Source: Mobula hypostoma
Lineage: Eukaryota
Direction of reading: 5' to 3'
Assembly (NCBI RefSeq): GCF_963921235.1
Contig: NC_086108.1
Location: 83,826,001-83,890,000 of the forward strand
DNA length: 64,000 bases
A program made the position numbers and the translations under genes. Below the pieces are notes generated by a model. That model was not told where the DNA came from. It searched no databases and saw only the letters and a list, made by a program, of their open reading frames with translations. Below are positions 12,106 through 25,400 of the stretch, piece after piece (position 1 is the first letter of the stretch; every line of letters begins with the position of its first letter).

Positions 12106-12717
12106 ATACGCATTTTCATTAATCAGCTGTATGGCCCAGCTCAGATCCTGGCGGGGGAGCAACTGGATTACCGAGGTGACCTTCTAGCCATCCGTTTTGC
12201 CTCCTTCAATCCAATCCTGGATCCCTGGGTGTACATCCTTTGCCGGAAAAAGCTCCTTACCCTGGGATGCGAACGGCTGAAGCGAACAGTAGGCGTCGCA
12301 AAAGATGGCCAAGCCCGCAGGGTGGGGTGGGTAAGCAGCCAGCAGACACCACTGTCATGTGCCAATAGCTACGCCTCACTACAAGCAAAAGACAAACCTG
12401 AGCCACAACACAGAGAAGCCGGTGAGAGGTCTGGTGCCGTGACACGATCTTTCACAGACTTCACAAGGCAGCAGGTGTGGCAGGCTGGGCCTCACCCTTT
12501 TAGCATCCCTCATGACAACCAGGTCTGCCCCACCAAGTCGCACTTTGAGACCTCTCCACAGACCAAGGCCATCCTATGCACAGTTCTGCAGGAATCTACG
12601 ATGCCAGATGTCGGAGCTCAAAACAACATTATTCTAAGTGAGGAGGGGAGAACATTTGACATTTTGAATTGTAGTTTCAGTACACCTTCATCATGCACAA
12701 CAGAAAAAACTATTTAA
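12106..12717 (+). CDS. ptger4c: EP4-like receptor, coding exon 2 (ECL3, TM7, C-tail)
   Basis: Polypyrimidine tract then ttcag|ATA CGC; IRIFINQLY...DLLAIRFASFNPILDPWVYIL; ends EKTI* (human EP4 ends EKCI). In frame with exon 1, total 480 aa. Confidence 0.92.
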   Translation: MRIFINQLYGPAQILAGEQLDYRGDLLAIRFASFNPILDPWVYILCRKKLLTLGCERLKRTVGVAKDGQARRVGWVSSQQTPLSCANSYASLQAKDKPEPQHREAGERSGAVTRSFTDFTRQQVWQAGPHPFSIPHDNQVCPTKSHFETSPQTKAILCTVLQESTMPDVGAQNNIILSEEGRTFDILNCSFSTPSSCTTEKTI

Positions 12718-15700
12718 AATGGAAGACATTTTATACAGAGTATTTATTTATAGACTTTACTGGGAGTCAGTTTTATTTCTAGCACAGAAATTGCTCCTGC
12801 TCTTTCAATTAAATGGTGCCCTGAGCAATGAGGCAAGGTTATGTGGATATACCAAAAATATTCATCATCGTAATGAATCTTAGGGTCCTCTTCTGAAATG
12901 CACTCAAATCAGTCAATTTCTAAGTTACAAATATCTGAGGCTAATAACACTTAGGGGTCTGTTTTAATTTGCATTGTCTGTCATTTGTGAAATAGAATTG
13001 ATCTTAATTTAGAGCTGATAATCCTACCTTCACATTAATCTTGGTAATATAATCAGTGGCATTATAAAAGATAGCCACTGTTTGACAACCTCTGTGCCAA
13101 TTCACATTTACACTCTGTGAACAGTTCATTATACAGCTTGGGGCCAATTCATTTCAGCACTATGACACTGGCCAGTCATTTCCCAGAGATGGATGTGGAA
13201 AAGGATCAAGGCAAAATATGTTTGATATTACTTCTATGGGGACAGGAGGAATATGAGTAATCACCCAGACTACCACATGAATAGTACAGGCTATTGATAC
13301 CCTTATCCTACACTAATGCATCATCAGGATTATGCTGTTCCTCTCTTTATTATCTGAGATTCTAACAGACCTCAACTGAACCAGTCTCGTTTGGCTCCCT
13401 CATATTAGAATCACAGAGTCATAGAAAAGTACGGCACAGAAACAGGCCCTATCAAGTCCATGCCAATCCATTTAAGCTGCCTAGTTCCATCATATGCCCC
13501 ACTTGTGCTGGCACCTCATTCCACACTCTTGCGACCCTCTGAGTGAAGAAGATTCCCGTCATGTTCCCCTTAAACATTTCAACCTTTCACTCTTAACCTA
13601 TGACCTCTAGTTGTTGGCCCATCCAACCTCAGTAGAACTAATGTTAATCAGGTTCAAACTTGCTGCTGTTTTCTGTTCAAAAACTATCTCACTAAAACTC
13701 AAGATCCATCTGATAATGTCTTATTTCCAAAACGCTGAAATTTCACTAATGATAAAAATGGAATGTCAACTTTTTTTTTAAGATTGACTAATATTCTCAT
13801 CCAGTCAATCATCAGTGTACAAAAGTAACAAAGTGAAATTAAACAGCATAGTTTTATAACATTGTTATCGTAATAGTGTAAAGTTTTATAACAATTTGTC
13901 TGGAAACAATCCAAGGCTCCAAGGCTTCAGAACCAAAAGGTAACACTAAACTACTGTTCACCGTCATTAGTCAGCTCTCGTCAGAAACAGGCACTATAGT
14001 AGTAGACGAACACCATCCCAAGCTTTATCAAAAAGCTGTCAACATCAACTGTATTCAAATACTATCATGCCTTAGCAGCAACTGATGATACATTAGCTTG
14101 TAAACTCTATCCAGAACATAAATGTTAACATTTCTGATTTTGAGTAAGGGTCTATATTCAGAGTGGCACGCCTGACTCCTGGCTGTTTTAATATCTTTTT
14201 TACCTTTCATGTCTACAGTATTTGTACTTATTTGTACTTCTAAAATGTTGCTAACAACACATCAGATCAGCAGGCCAGTACTTCCCAGCTCATATTACAA
14301 GACCTGTTATTCATTACTGTGTAGCCCAATCCAGAGGCAGTACTGAGCAGTAATCGAATACTTACCTGGGTCATGTGAGAGATTGGCAGAAGACCAGAAT
14401 ATCAATACAATATAACCCACACCAAGCACTGGCACTGGGCCAGCAATCAGACACCTTTCAGGTGGTACCAATAAAGGGTTTTATCCTGCTGTGTTAATAT
14501 AATCCAGCACAATCTAGTGATTGGACCAACTGGAAGAAGCAGAAATATTGTGAATACTTAACAAATCCTGGGAAGCAACAAGTCTGAATCAAAACATATT
14601 GTTTTTCTTCAGACACTCTCCACCTCCCTCCAGAATTATTGCCCTACTTGAAATGACAGAAAAGTCACCCACATCTAAGTGTTACCCACCAAGTGGTCAC
14701 AAGAGAGTAAATATTATACCAAATTATATGAAAAAGTTCTCAATTTTCTCTTCAGTGTGTTTGGTGGCATTAATATTCAGGAGCATTCCTTTGTACTGCG
14801 ATCAGCTCCTTCTAAGTCGAGGACAGGCCTCAAATGAAGCTGGTAGGTTGCCAAACTTCAAGCAATCATGAAGTCATACAGCACAGAAATAGGCCTGTTG
14901 GCCAATATGTACATGCCAGTCCATCAATAACACTAATCCCATCCATCAGGAATTGGTCCGCAGCCTTCTAATGCTTTGGCTCATGTGTTCATGTAGATAT
15001 CTGGTAATCGAATCCATTCCTCGTGTCATGCTATCCATTCACCTGTGATATAACCTATCACTATCAGCCATCAAAATCTTGATATGCTCAAGTGGTCATG
15101 AATTCTTCCAGTAATTCAGTTTTCAGTTCTTAATGGCAATGCCTGAAATCTTTTCAGCTTGACTGAAATCAGGATGCCAGGATTTTGGAATTTGCACACA
15201 GCGACTGGCCTACGCTCCACAGCATATCCAAGTTTTAACTGACAATCCTAGAACTGCAGGACCAACAGCAATTACATCCTTGAAAAACAAATGTTTATTA
15301 TTTACCTGCAGTTTATGAATAATTTATGGTTATTTCCTCAGTGATCAATAATTCCATTGTAAATGTGGTCTGAGTGTAAATATAATTATCGGTCACTTGC
15401 ACTGCATGATTGGAAGGGTGAATATGTCTGCAAATATTTCTTAAGTTAATTATGTAAAGTATTTTTACATAAAGAGATTTAAAAATAAAGAAATCCATTG
15501 CTGTTAGCAGCAATTTATTTTTAATTTTCCTAAGACGAACTTAAAAAGCAAAGACGTAATGCAGAATCAGAATCAGGTTTAATATCACTGGCATACGACG
15601 TGAACTTTGTTGAGTTTGCAGCAGCAGCACAATACAATATATAATAATAGAGAAAAAGACTGTGAATTACAGTAAGTATGTATTAAATAGTTAAATTAAG

Positions 15701-15727
15701 TAAGTAGTGCAAAATTAGAAATAAAAA

Positions 15728-16265
15728 AGGCTTTATAAGGCATTGGTTAGATTGCACTTGGAGTATTGCGAGCAGTTTTGAGCTTCTCATCTAGGACAGG
15801 ACATGCTGGCATTGAAAAGGGTCGTAAGGAGATTCACAGGAATGATCTCAGCAAAGAAAGGATTAATGTATCAGGAGTGTTCGATGGCTCTGGGCCTGAA
15901 CTTGCTGGAATTTATTTCATTGAAGCCCACCAAATATTTGAAGGCCTAGATAGAGTGGATATGAATGTATGGTGGATGAATCTAGGACCAGAGTGCACAA
16001 CCTCAGAGTAGAGAGATGTCCATTTGGAACAGACATGAAGAGAAATATTTAGCCAAATGGTGCTGAATCTGTGAAATTTATTGCCATAGACAGCTGTGGA
16101 GATCAAGTCATTGGGTACATTTAAAGTGGAGGTTGATAGCTTTTTAATTAGTAAGGGTGTCAAAGGCAGAAGAAAGGGGATGAGGTGGAAAAGAAATCAG
16201 CCACGATTGAATAGCAGAACAGGCCCAATGAGCCAAATGGCCTAACTCTGTTCCTCTGCCTTAAG
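15728..16265 (+). mobile_element. Decayed CR1 3' fragment
   Basis: Similar to the other CR1 RT C-termini and 3'UTRs in the window. Confidence 0.7.
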
Positions 16266-16449
16266 TCTAACTTCAGTGAAACCAATTCACTAGATAGAAT
16301 GATAGGTACAGAATGTAATTTGTAGCCCCTCAAGCCTGTTCTGCAATTCAGTTAGGAAATTGCTGGTGTATATCCCAACTTTATTTTCCTGCCTTGACCT
16401 AGTAACACTTAAAATCCATGCATCACAAAGGCATGTCAATGTGAGATAT

Positions 16450-17715
16450 AAACCTACCGACACCCACGGCTATCTTGACTATACCTCATACCACCCTGTC
16501 GCCTGTTAAAATGCAATTCTCTTTCTCATTTGCTTCATCTGCGCTGCATCTGTTCCCCGGGTAGCTTTCCTTGCCAGGACATCCTCCTCCTTCAAAGAAC
16601 AGGGCTTTTCATCCTTCACCTTTGGAGCTGCCCTCACCCATATCTCCTCCATTTCCTGGCCATCCATTCTCATCCCATCTTCCCGTTGCCTGAACAGGGA
16701 TAGAGTTCCTCTTGACCTCACCTACCACACCTTGAGCGTCCACATCTGGCATATCATTTTCCACAATTTTTGCCATTTTCAATGGGGCCCTACATCGAAC
16801 ACATTTTTACCTCTCCCACCTCCATCTTCCACAGGGATCTCTCCCTCCATGATTCCCTTGTCCATTTGCCCTGCTCCATTTATCTCCCTCCGGCCACTTA
16901 TCCCTACAAGTGGAAGAAGTGCAACACCTGCCCATTCACCTCCTCCCTCAGCTCCATTTGGAACCTCAAACAATACTTCCAGGTGAGGCATTACTTCACC
17001 TGCAATCTGTTGGGGTCACCTACTGTATTGTGTGCTCATGATGCGGCCTCCCCTACTTTGGTGACACCCGATGAAGGTTGAGGGTCCCCTTTGTCGAGTA
17101 CCTTTGATCCATATGCAAAAAGCAGGATTTCCTGGTGGACAACCATTTTAATTCCGATCTCCATCCCATTCCGACATGTCGGCCTTCTCTACTGCAATGA
17201 TGAGGCCACTTTCAGGTTAGAGGAACAACACCTCATATTCCATCTGGGTGGCCTCCAACCTGATGGCATGAACATCAATTTCTCCAACTTCTGGTCATTT
17301 TCCCTCATCTCCCTTCCCTCTTCTCCAGTTCCCCATTCTGCCCTCCCTCTTACCTCGTTTCTTCTCTTCGTCTATCTATCATCTCCCCCAGGTGCCCCTT
17401 CCCCTGCCCTTTTTTCCATGGTCCACATTCCTCTCCTACCAGATTCCTGCTTCTCCGGCCCTATTCCTCCTATCATCCCCTGGCTTCTTTCTTCATCCCC
17501 TCTCTCCCACCCACCAGGCTTCACCTATCACCTTCTAGCTTCTATTCCTTGCCCTCTCCCACCTTCTTATGCTGGCTTCTTCACCCTTCCTTTCCAGCCC
17601 AAAATATCAGCTGTTTATTCATTTTCATAGATGCTTCCGGACCTGCTGAGTTCCTCCAGCATTTTGTGTGTGTGTTGCTCTGGATTTCCAACATCTACAG
17701 AATCTCCTGTGTTTA
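16450..17715 (+). mobile_element. Decayed Penelope (Neptune) fragment with pLTR; hammerhead core deleted
   Basis: KWKKCNTCPF and LEEQHLIFHLGGLQPDGMNINFSNF are homologous to 51601..52917; pyrimidine-rich 3'UTR and pLTR tail. Confidence 0.85.
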
Positions 17716-18032
17716 TCAATATGAGATTTTAACTTTTGGGTTCACAGGTCCTCTAAGGCCTTTTGGGTAGAATGTTCAGATCCCAACTGTTATTTATGTG
17801 AAGCGGGGTATCATGAGATTGCCATGAAGAGCCCACTCTAAAGTGAAGCATATGCTAAATTGTTCCACTTTCACCAGAGAAAACATTTTTCTCCATCTTA
17901 CTTATGCAAACTATCTATCATCTTAAAAACCCCACTTAATCTTAATCTTTTAAACTATTTAAACTATCTATCATCTTTAAAACCTCACTTAGTTTGTCCT
18001 TTAATCTTTTAAGGAATACAATCATTATCTAT

Positions 18033-18110
18033 ACCAAGGGTTCCTAACATGGGGTAAATGGACCCCTCGGTTAATGCTAGGGGTCCATGGCATAAAAAAG
18101 GTCGGGAACC
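18033..18110. mobile_element. Short hAT-type MITE
   Basis: Ends caagggttcctaac ... aggtcgggaacc resemble CAGGGGTTCCCAAC-type TIRs. Confidence 0.55.
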
Positions 18111-19263
18111 ATCATTCCTCAGCATTTAGCCATTTAACCCCAGAAACATTTTTCTGAATCTTTGATTATTAAATTTAAAACTCATCTTGAGAAATTGCAT
18201 AGCAGGCTATGGAACAATGGCTAGTAACTGGGATTAGTTTAGACATAGTGGGCTGGAGTTCTTGTTTTGGTGATGTTTGACACCATGGTAGAAATCAGCA
18301 TTCAGTTCCTTATGAGTGTAGGAAGCAACACCAATACAGTGACTGATGTACAGAAAAAAAGTTGAGAGGGGGGTCCAGGTAGGTTTAAATAGAATTGCTC
18401 AATGATTATGATAATGAGATAGGCATCACTCAGGTCCATGTGAGTTCCCATTGCCGCACATTAGATTTGAAGAAAGAGAGTGAGAGACGGAAGTTGAAAT
18501 AGAAAATGTCCCTAAACCGCTGACCTCCACGCGACTCCCAAAACCATCCCTACAAACTTAAAAAACAACTAGCGCTGAGCTACGACCTTGACAGACATTG
18601 CAGCCCAGTGCCATCTCGACCGGTTCTGTGTTTGAGGAATGTACACAGGCTGAAACAACACATCTACTGAATTAGAAACTCCCAAACAGTCATGATTGAA
18701 TGCTTTGGATGGAAGCTCTGCTGAAGCTAACTCACAGCCAATTTTAAAATTGTTCAGGGAGAGGAAACTTAACTTGAAATTAGCTTCCTATCATGATGTT
18801 CTGGAGTAACAAAAAAGGTCAAATCTATTTTGATTATTTAAGCTTTGGGTAATTTTGACATTGTGCTCGTTTGATATCGTTCATTCAGTGTATCTAATGT
18901 TTGGCAGTTTATATTGTACTGTTTTATTTTGGGTGAATTAGTCTGATAGCTGGATACATTTAATGGGTTCTGTATGAATCAGTAACTCCATTAGTACAGG
19001 CTATGCTATACAGGCTTAATAATTGGTATTTGATGGTTTCTACATTGGCTGGTGCTTCAGTAGATTGGTTCTAAACGAGTTCTATGCTTTTTCAAGTTCT
19101 GTATTGATTTTAGGTGTAGAATGGTTAGCTTTATACTGTCGAGATTCCATGAGGGGTAGGTAGGTTGCATGTTTGATGAATTTTTGTCTTCCCTCATTGG
19201 GTAGCAGAGACAGTAACGAGTTTAGCATCATACAGTAACATTGATACTAACTGGACTATTTTG

Positions 19264-19366
19264 AGTCCTGCTGAGGGTTTTGGACCAAAACATCAACTGT
19301 TTATTCTTTTCCATAGATGTTGCCTGGCCTGCCTGAGTTCCTCCAGCATTTTGTGTGTTTTGCTTG
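19264..19366 (+). mobile_element. Solo Penelope pLTR with degenerate hammerhead
   Basis: agtcctgctgagggttttggaccaaaacatcaactg...gatgttgcctggcctgcctgagttcctccagcattttgtgtg. Confidence 0.75.
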
Positions 19367-22300
19367 AGTTAACAGAAACCCTAACTGAGAAAACATCCAG
19401 AGAAGAAATGGAATTGAATAGTTAGTGACACAGTTTGAAACACATAATTGGGGAGAAAGAAACTTGTGGGATGATTTTTATTTCAACCTCCCTGCACTGT
19501 CAGTAAACAAGTAGAGCATTTGAAAATGCAAACTAATTGTTGTTACTAATGTGAATGAATCAGCCAATTCATTCCACCAGGTGGCAATCATCTACACTAC
19601 AAGTTGTTTACAAAGCTAAAAGGTTTGTTTTAGAAAATAAATGTTAAAATTTACAATGTTGAAGGGTGAAAGCTAGCAAGGGGAAAAACAGCAGCCAGCA
19701 ACTTGAGTGCAATTGAAAGACAAATCCACAAAGGTTATAGTTTGTAACTTGTTTGAATTGCCTAAAATTGCTTATCAGAAGCAACTCAACCAGCAATGTT
19801 GTCATAGGATCATTCAGTTAATTGTAAGTACAAGTGGCAGGAAGAAATGGGCATCTTGGGTGGAAGAAGATCCTGCTATCTTTCCTAAAATGAGTCCCTA
19901 GCAGAAGACTTTACAAGTCCTTGGGATAAACTCAGTGGAAACATCATGAAGGTAAAGGTCAAAGATTTTTAAGGTTGTGAAAAGAAGGGAGAATCTCTTC
20001 CAACAAGTAGACTGTAAACACACTGAACTAACTTTGTTGTAACATGCAGAAATGTCCCTGGTTCAGTCTTTGGTCTGCATGGCTTTTGATCTTAGCTGGA
20101 TTGAAAATGGCTTCTTGTATGAAGTATGCTTGTAAATGTTCAGATCAAGAGGAGTGTCTGTTACGTCTGGGGTTAAGGGACTGGATCTTTTCAAAACAGC
20201 AGTAAAGGAGAAAAAGAAAAAAGTATTGTCATTAATGAAATGTGTATTCCCATGCCAGATCACTAAGAGCATGTTTTTAAAATCCACCTGAAAGACAATA
20301 TCCTGAGGCTGGATATGGGACAGTACATTTCCCCCATAGGAGAATCTGGAGCCAACAGTCATTGTTTTAAAAGTAAGTGGATGGCATTTTTTTCCCTCTA
20401 AGGATTAGCTTATTTTGGTACTCACTTCAGGTGGTAGAGGAAGCAGAGAATTCAAATATTCCTAAGACAAAGTACATAGATTCTTAGTGCTGAGGGAGAG
20501 TTATCATTAAATTGACAGCTTGCTAATAGTTCAAAAACAAAGAAATTTGATTTAAAATGTTACTAATAACACTTTTTTGAAGTAAATTGTGGTAAACTAT
20601 CACAGCAAACAACGAAGAGGTGAGTGAAGGCAAAGTGAATTCGAGAGATGAGCCATGTTGGTGTGTAGCGTTATTGACACACGTGGAGTTGGGGCTGTGC
20701 TAGTTAGAGTGAATGATTTACAGAGGAGCAGTCAAAGCAGAGAATTCAGATACCTGTCCAACTAACCCGGGTGTGAGGGTGGATCCGATTTGATGAGGTC
20801 GGGAAAGGGTTTTTTTAACAGCAAAATCTAGGCCCAAAGTGAATCGCTGGACGGTGTGTTCTAGGCCCTGAGAGATTCGCTGAAGCAGACCCCGGTCCTA
20901 ATGCGAGGTACAATCCACTGTTCAAGCAATTTAAATGCCGGCCCAGATAGACTGGGAGCTCCTCTCCCCATGATGCTGAGGCTGCGAGACTGCCCCGGCT
21001 GCTGTGCTTCGTGTCTGCGAACTTTGCAATGATTTGCGCCGCTAATATGATGAACTGAATACCAAGGGCCTACTCCAGGCTGCTCCATAGATTTGGATCC
21101 AAGGACTCAATTTGGATTGGAATGCTGCTGTTGCTTGCTTCCATTGTTTGAATGATTTGTATTTTTTTCTCTCGTTCTTTGTGCATTGGGGGTTGGACTT
21201 TTATATCTTTCTTTCAGTGAGTTCTTTTGAGCTTCTTGCTTTGCGGTTGCCTGTAAGCAGATAAATCTCAGGGTTGTATAATTTATGCATACCTTGATAA
21301 TAAATGTTCTTGAATCTTACTGAATGATGAAAGTAAGCTCATTAGGCTGAGTGATTCTTAATTCAGATCTAATTATTGCCTCACTGCTCTGGCTATTGGT
21401 TACATCTGTTTCTCTTCCTGGCTTATTCCATCAGTTGAATAGTTCATTGAATTAGTTCATTGAAATGAATTGTAAAAATAGTATTCTCTGTGGTGTCTGC
21501 TGTGACGATTTGGAGTCGGCTTCCTATGCCAGGATAGCATCCAGTTACAGAGCCAAAGTAAACACCTCTTGTTATTTGACTGTCATTCCTTCAGCTGAAA
21601 ATTCAACTTTGGGAATAGCAAGCATTGGGTGGGTTCCAGCCTCCACCCTCCCTGGCTGGCTGCTCAGCTGGTTATTGGCAAAATGGAGAAAAATGTCATT
21701 TGTTCAACATTCTGCGAGCCAACACTGAAACCAAAGTAAGACCAGGACCAACATTGCCTCTTTTGTTTTAAACAGCAAATTGATTCCCCTCAAATTATTG
21801 ACATGACTTGTGGTTGGTGCCCCATATCAGTCACTATGGTAACCCACTGGCCAAAGCTTCTCAACCCAAAGACCTATATACCCGCACAGTTTTCTGGCTG
21901 CTATCCAATCCTCAATCCAAGCCAGTACATTATCCCCAATGTATGGACTTTAATTTTGTTAAATAACCCAATCTGACACTTTATGAAGGGCTTGAAATTT
22001 CATATACTGTATATCATGTCAAAAACTTTATCTATGCTTTGGAATGAATACCTCAAAATCAGATTTGTCCCATAATTTCCCCTGTGCATGTTCACATCGG
22101 CTCTATCCAACCCTATTATCTTCCCGCAGATGCTGGAAATCTGAACTGGGAACAACATGACCTTCTGAGAGGGTGAAATACTAAACTGACAATTTAAAAT
22201 CAATTAATCAGATTAACCTTTGTCTATGTAATGTATTGCTGATGTCTGTAGAGTGTAGTTTATTCTGGCCAGCTTGATGTCTGCAGAGTGTGAAATATGC

Positions 22301-22468
22301 TAACCATCTTAGACATGCCAGAAAATGTAACATTCAAGGAGGTGGAGATGCAGAGAAGGCAGATTCTGGAATCCAGAGTGCAGGACAACGGGATGGAAGA
22401 ACTCACTGGGTTAAGCAGCATCTGGTGAGAGGTTTGGAGGGTAGGGTTGAGACTCTAATGCAGGGTCT

Positions 22469-25400
22469 GTAGAATTAGATAGCATTCCTGCAGGGTTAGT
22501 GTTTTGCTCAGGGTGTCAGATGTGGGAATCCTGGGAGACCTCCAGCCTCCCTCATGGCCACATCTGCGCCAGGTGCACCGAGATGCAGCTCCTCAGAGAC
22601 CGTGTTAGGGATCTGGAGGCAGCTTGATGACCTACTGCTTATCAGGGAAAGTGAAAAGTTGATAGACAGGAGCTACAGGGAGGTGGTCATCCCTAAGGTA
22701 CAGGGGTCAGAAAACTGGGTGACTCTCAGGAGTGGGAAGGAAAATGCCCAAATAGTGGAGAGCACACCTGTGGCTGTCCCCCTCGGCAACAAATATCTTG
22801 TTCTGGATGCTGTTGAGGGGGATGACCTGACAGGGGATGCCCACGGTGACTGGGTCTCTGGCACTGAGCCTGGGGCTGTTGTGCAGGAGGGAAGGAGGGA
22901 GAAGAGGAATGCAGTAGTCATAGGGGATTCCATAGTCAGGGGAACGGACAGGAGATTCTGTGAGCCTGATAGAGATACCCACATGGTGTGTTGCCTCCCA
23001 GCTGCCAGGGTATGGGATGTCTCGGATTGGGTCCAGAATATTTTGAAGGGAGAGGGCGAGCAGCCAGTTGTCTTGGTACATGTTGGTACCAATGACATAG
23101 ATAGGAGAAGGGAGGAGGTCCTGAAGAGAGATTTCCGGGAGTTAGGAAGAAAGCTGAGAAGCAGGACCTCCAGGTTAGTAATCTTGGGATTGCTACCTGT
23201 GCCACGTGCTAGCGAGGGCAAGAGTAGTCGGATCAGGCAGATGAATGCGTGGCTGAGAGACTGGTGTAGGGGGCAGGGCTTCAGATTCTTAGATCATTGG
23301 GATCTCTTCTGGGGGAAGTATGACCTGTTCAAAATGGATAGGTTACACCTGAACCCGAAGGGGACTAATATCCTGGTGGGAAAGTTTAATAGAGCTGTTA
23401 GGGAAGGTTTAAACTAATTTGGCAGGGGGATAGAAACCAGAATGATAGAACGGAGGAAGGGGAAAACAGAAATAAATCTAAGATAGAGAGCGGTAAAGAT
23501 GTCAGGAAAGATAGGCAGGTGATGGGGCAAATTTGTAGCCATTGGGATGAGTTGCAGTGCAATTAAGTTGCAGTGAAATCAAAATGAAAAGTACCAAATA
23601 CTGGTCTTAAGGTGTTAAACTTAAATGCACGCAGCATAAGGAATAAAGTGGATGATCTTATTGTACAGCTACAGATTGGCGGGTATTATATTGTGGCCAT
23701 CACTGAGACGTGGCTAAGGATGCATGTCTCTGGGAGCTGAACATCCAAGGATACGAGGTGTATCGGAATGATAGGAAGGTAGGCAAAGGGGGTGGTGTGG
23801 CTTTACTGGTAAGAAATGATATCAAATCATTAGAAAGAGGTGACATAGGATCTGAAATGCAGAATCTTTATAGGTTGAGCTAAGAAATCGCAGGGGTAAA
23901 AGGACCCTGATGGCAGTTATATACAGGCCTCCAAACAGCTGCAGTGATGTGGACTACAAATTACAACAGGAAATAGAAAAGGCTTGTCAGAAGGGCAGTA
24001 TTATGATAATTGTGGGGGATTTCAACATGGGAGTGGATTGAGAAAATCAGGTCGGCACTGGATCTCAAGAGAGAGAATTTGTAGAATGTCTATGACTTGG
24101 CTTTTTAGAACAGCTTGTTGTTGAGCCCACTAGGGGATCGGCTGTACTGGATTGGGTATTGTGCAATGAACCAGAGGTGATTAGAGAGATTGAGGTGAAG
24201 GAACCCTTAGGAGGCAGTGATCATAACATGATTGAGTTCACTGTGAAAGCCAAAATCCGATGTGTCGGTATTTCAGTGGAGTAAATGAAATTATAGTGGC
24301 ATGAGTGAGGAACTGGCCAAAGTTGACTGGAAAGGGACACTGGCAGGAAGGACGGCAGAGCAGCAGTGGCTGGAGTTTATGCGAGAAGTGAGGAAGGTGC
24401 AAGTCAGGTATATTCCAAAAAAGAAGAAATTTTTGAAAGGAAAAAGCATGCAACCATGGCTGACAGGAAAAGTCAAAGCCAAAGTTAAAGCAAAGGAGAG
24501 GGCATACAAGGAAGCAAAAATTAATGGGAAGACAGACGATTGGGAAGTTTTTAAAAGCTTACAAAAGGAAACTAAGAAGGTCATTAAGAGGGAAAAAATG
24601 AACTATGAAAGGAAGCTAGCAAATAATATCAAAGAGGATACTAAAAGCTTTTTCAAGTATATAAAGAGTAAAAGACAGGTGAGAGTAGATATAGGACCAA
24701 TAGAAAATGATGCTGGAGAAATTGAAATGGGAGACAAGGAGATGGCGGAGGAACTGAACTGGTATTTTGCATCAGTCTTCACTGAGGAAGACAGCAGTAT
24801 ACCGGACACTCAAGGGTGGCAGGGAAGAGAAGTGTGCGCAGTCACAATTATGACAGACAATGTACTCAGGAAGCTGAATAGTCTAAAGGTAAATAAATCT
24901 CCCGGGCCAGATGGAATACACCCAAGTGTTCTGAAGGAAGTAGCTGTGGTTCTGGAGGACTGGAAGATTGCAAATGTCACTCCGCTATTTAAGAAGGGGG
25001 TGAGGAAGCAAAAAGAAAATTATAGACCTGTTAGCTTGACATCGGTGGTTGGGAAGTTGTTGGAGTCGATTGTCAAGGATGAGGTTACGGAGTACCTGGA
25101 GGCAACTGAGAAGATAGGCAGAACTCAGCATGGTTTCCTTAAAGGAAAATCCTGCCTGACAAACCTATTACAATTTTTTGAGGAACTTACAAGTAGGCTA
25201 GACAAGGGAGATGCAGTGGATATTATATATTTGGATTTTCAGAAGGCCTTTGACAAGGTGCCACACATGAGGCTACTTAACAAGATAAGAGCCCATGGAA
25301 TTACGGGAAAGTTACATACGTGGATAGGGGTTGGCTGATTGGCAGGAAACAGAGAGTGGGAATAAAGGGATCCTATTCTGGTTGGCTGCCAGTTACCAGT

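Noticed and set aside
17908..18010. Imperfect ~53-bp tandem duplication (similar case at 8148-8208)
   Set aside because: Ordinary local duplications with no sign of function.
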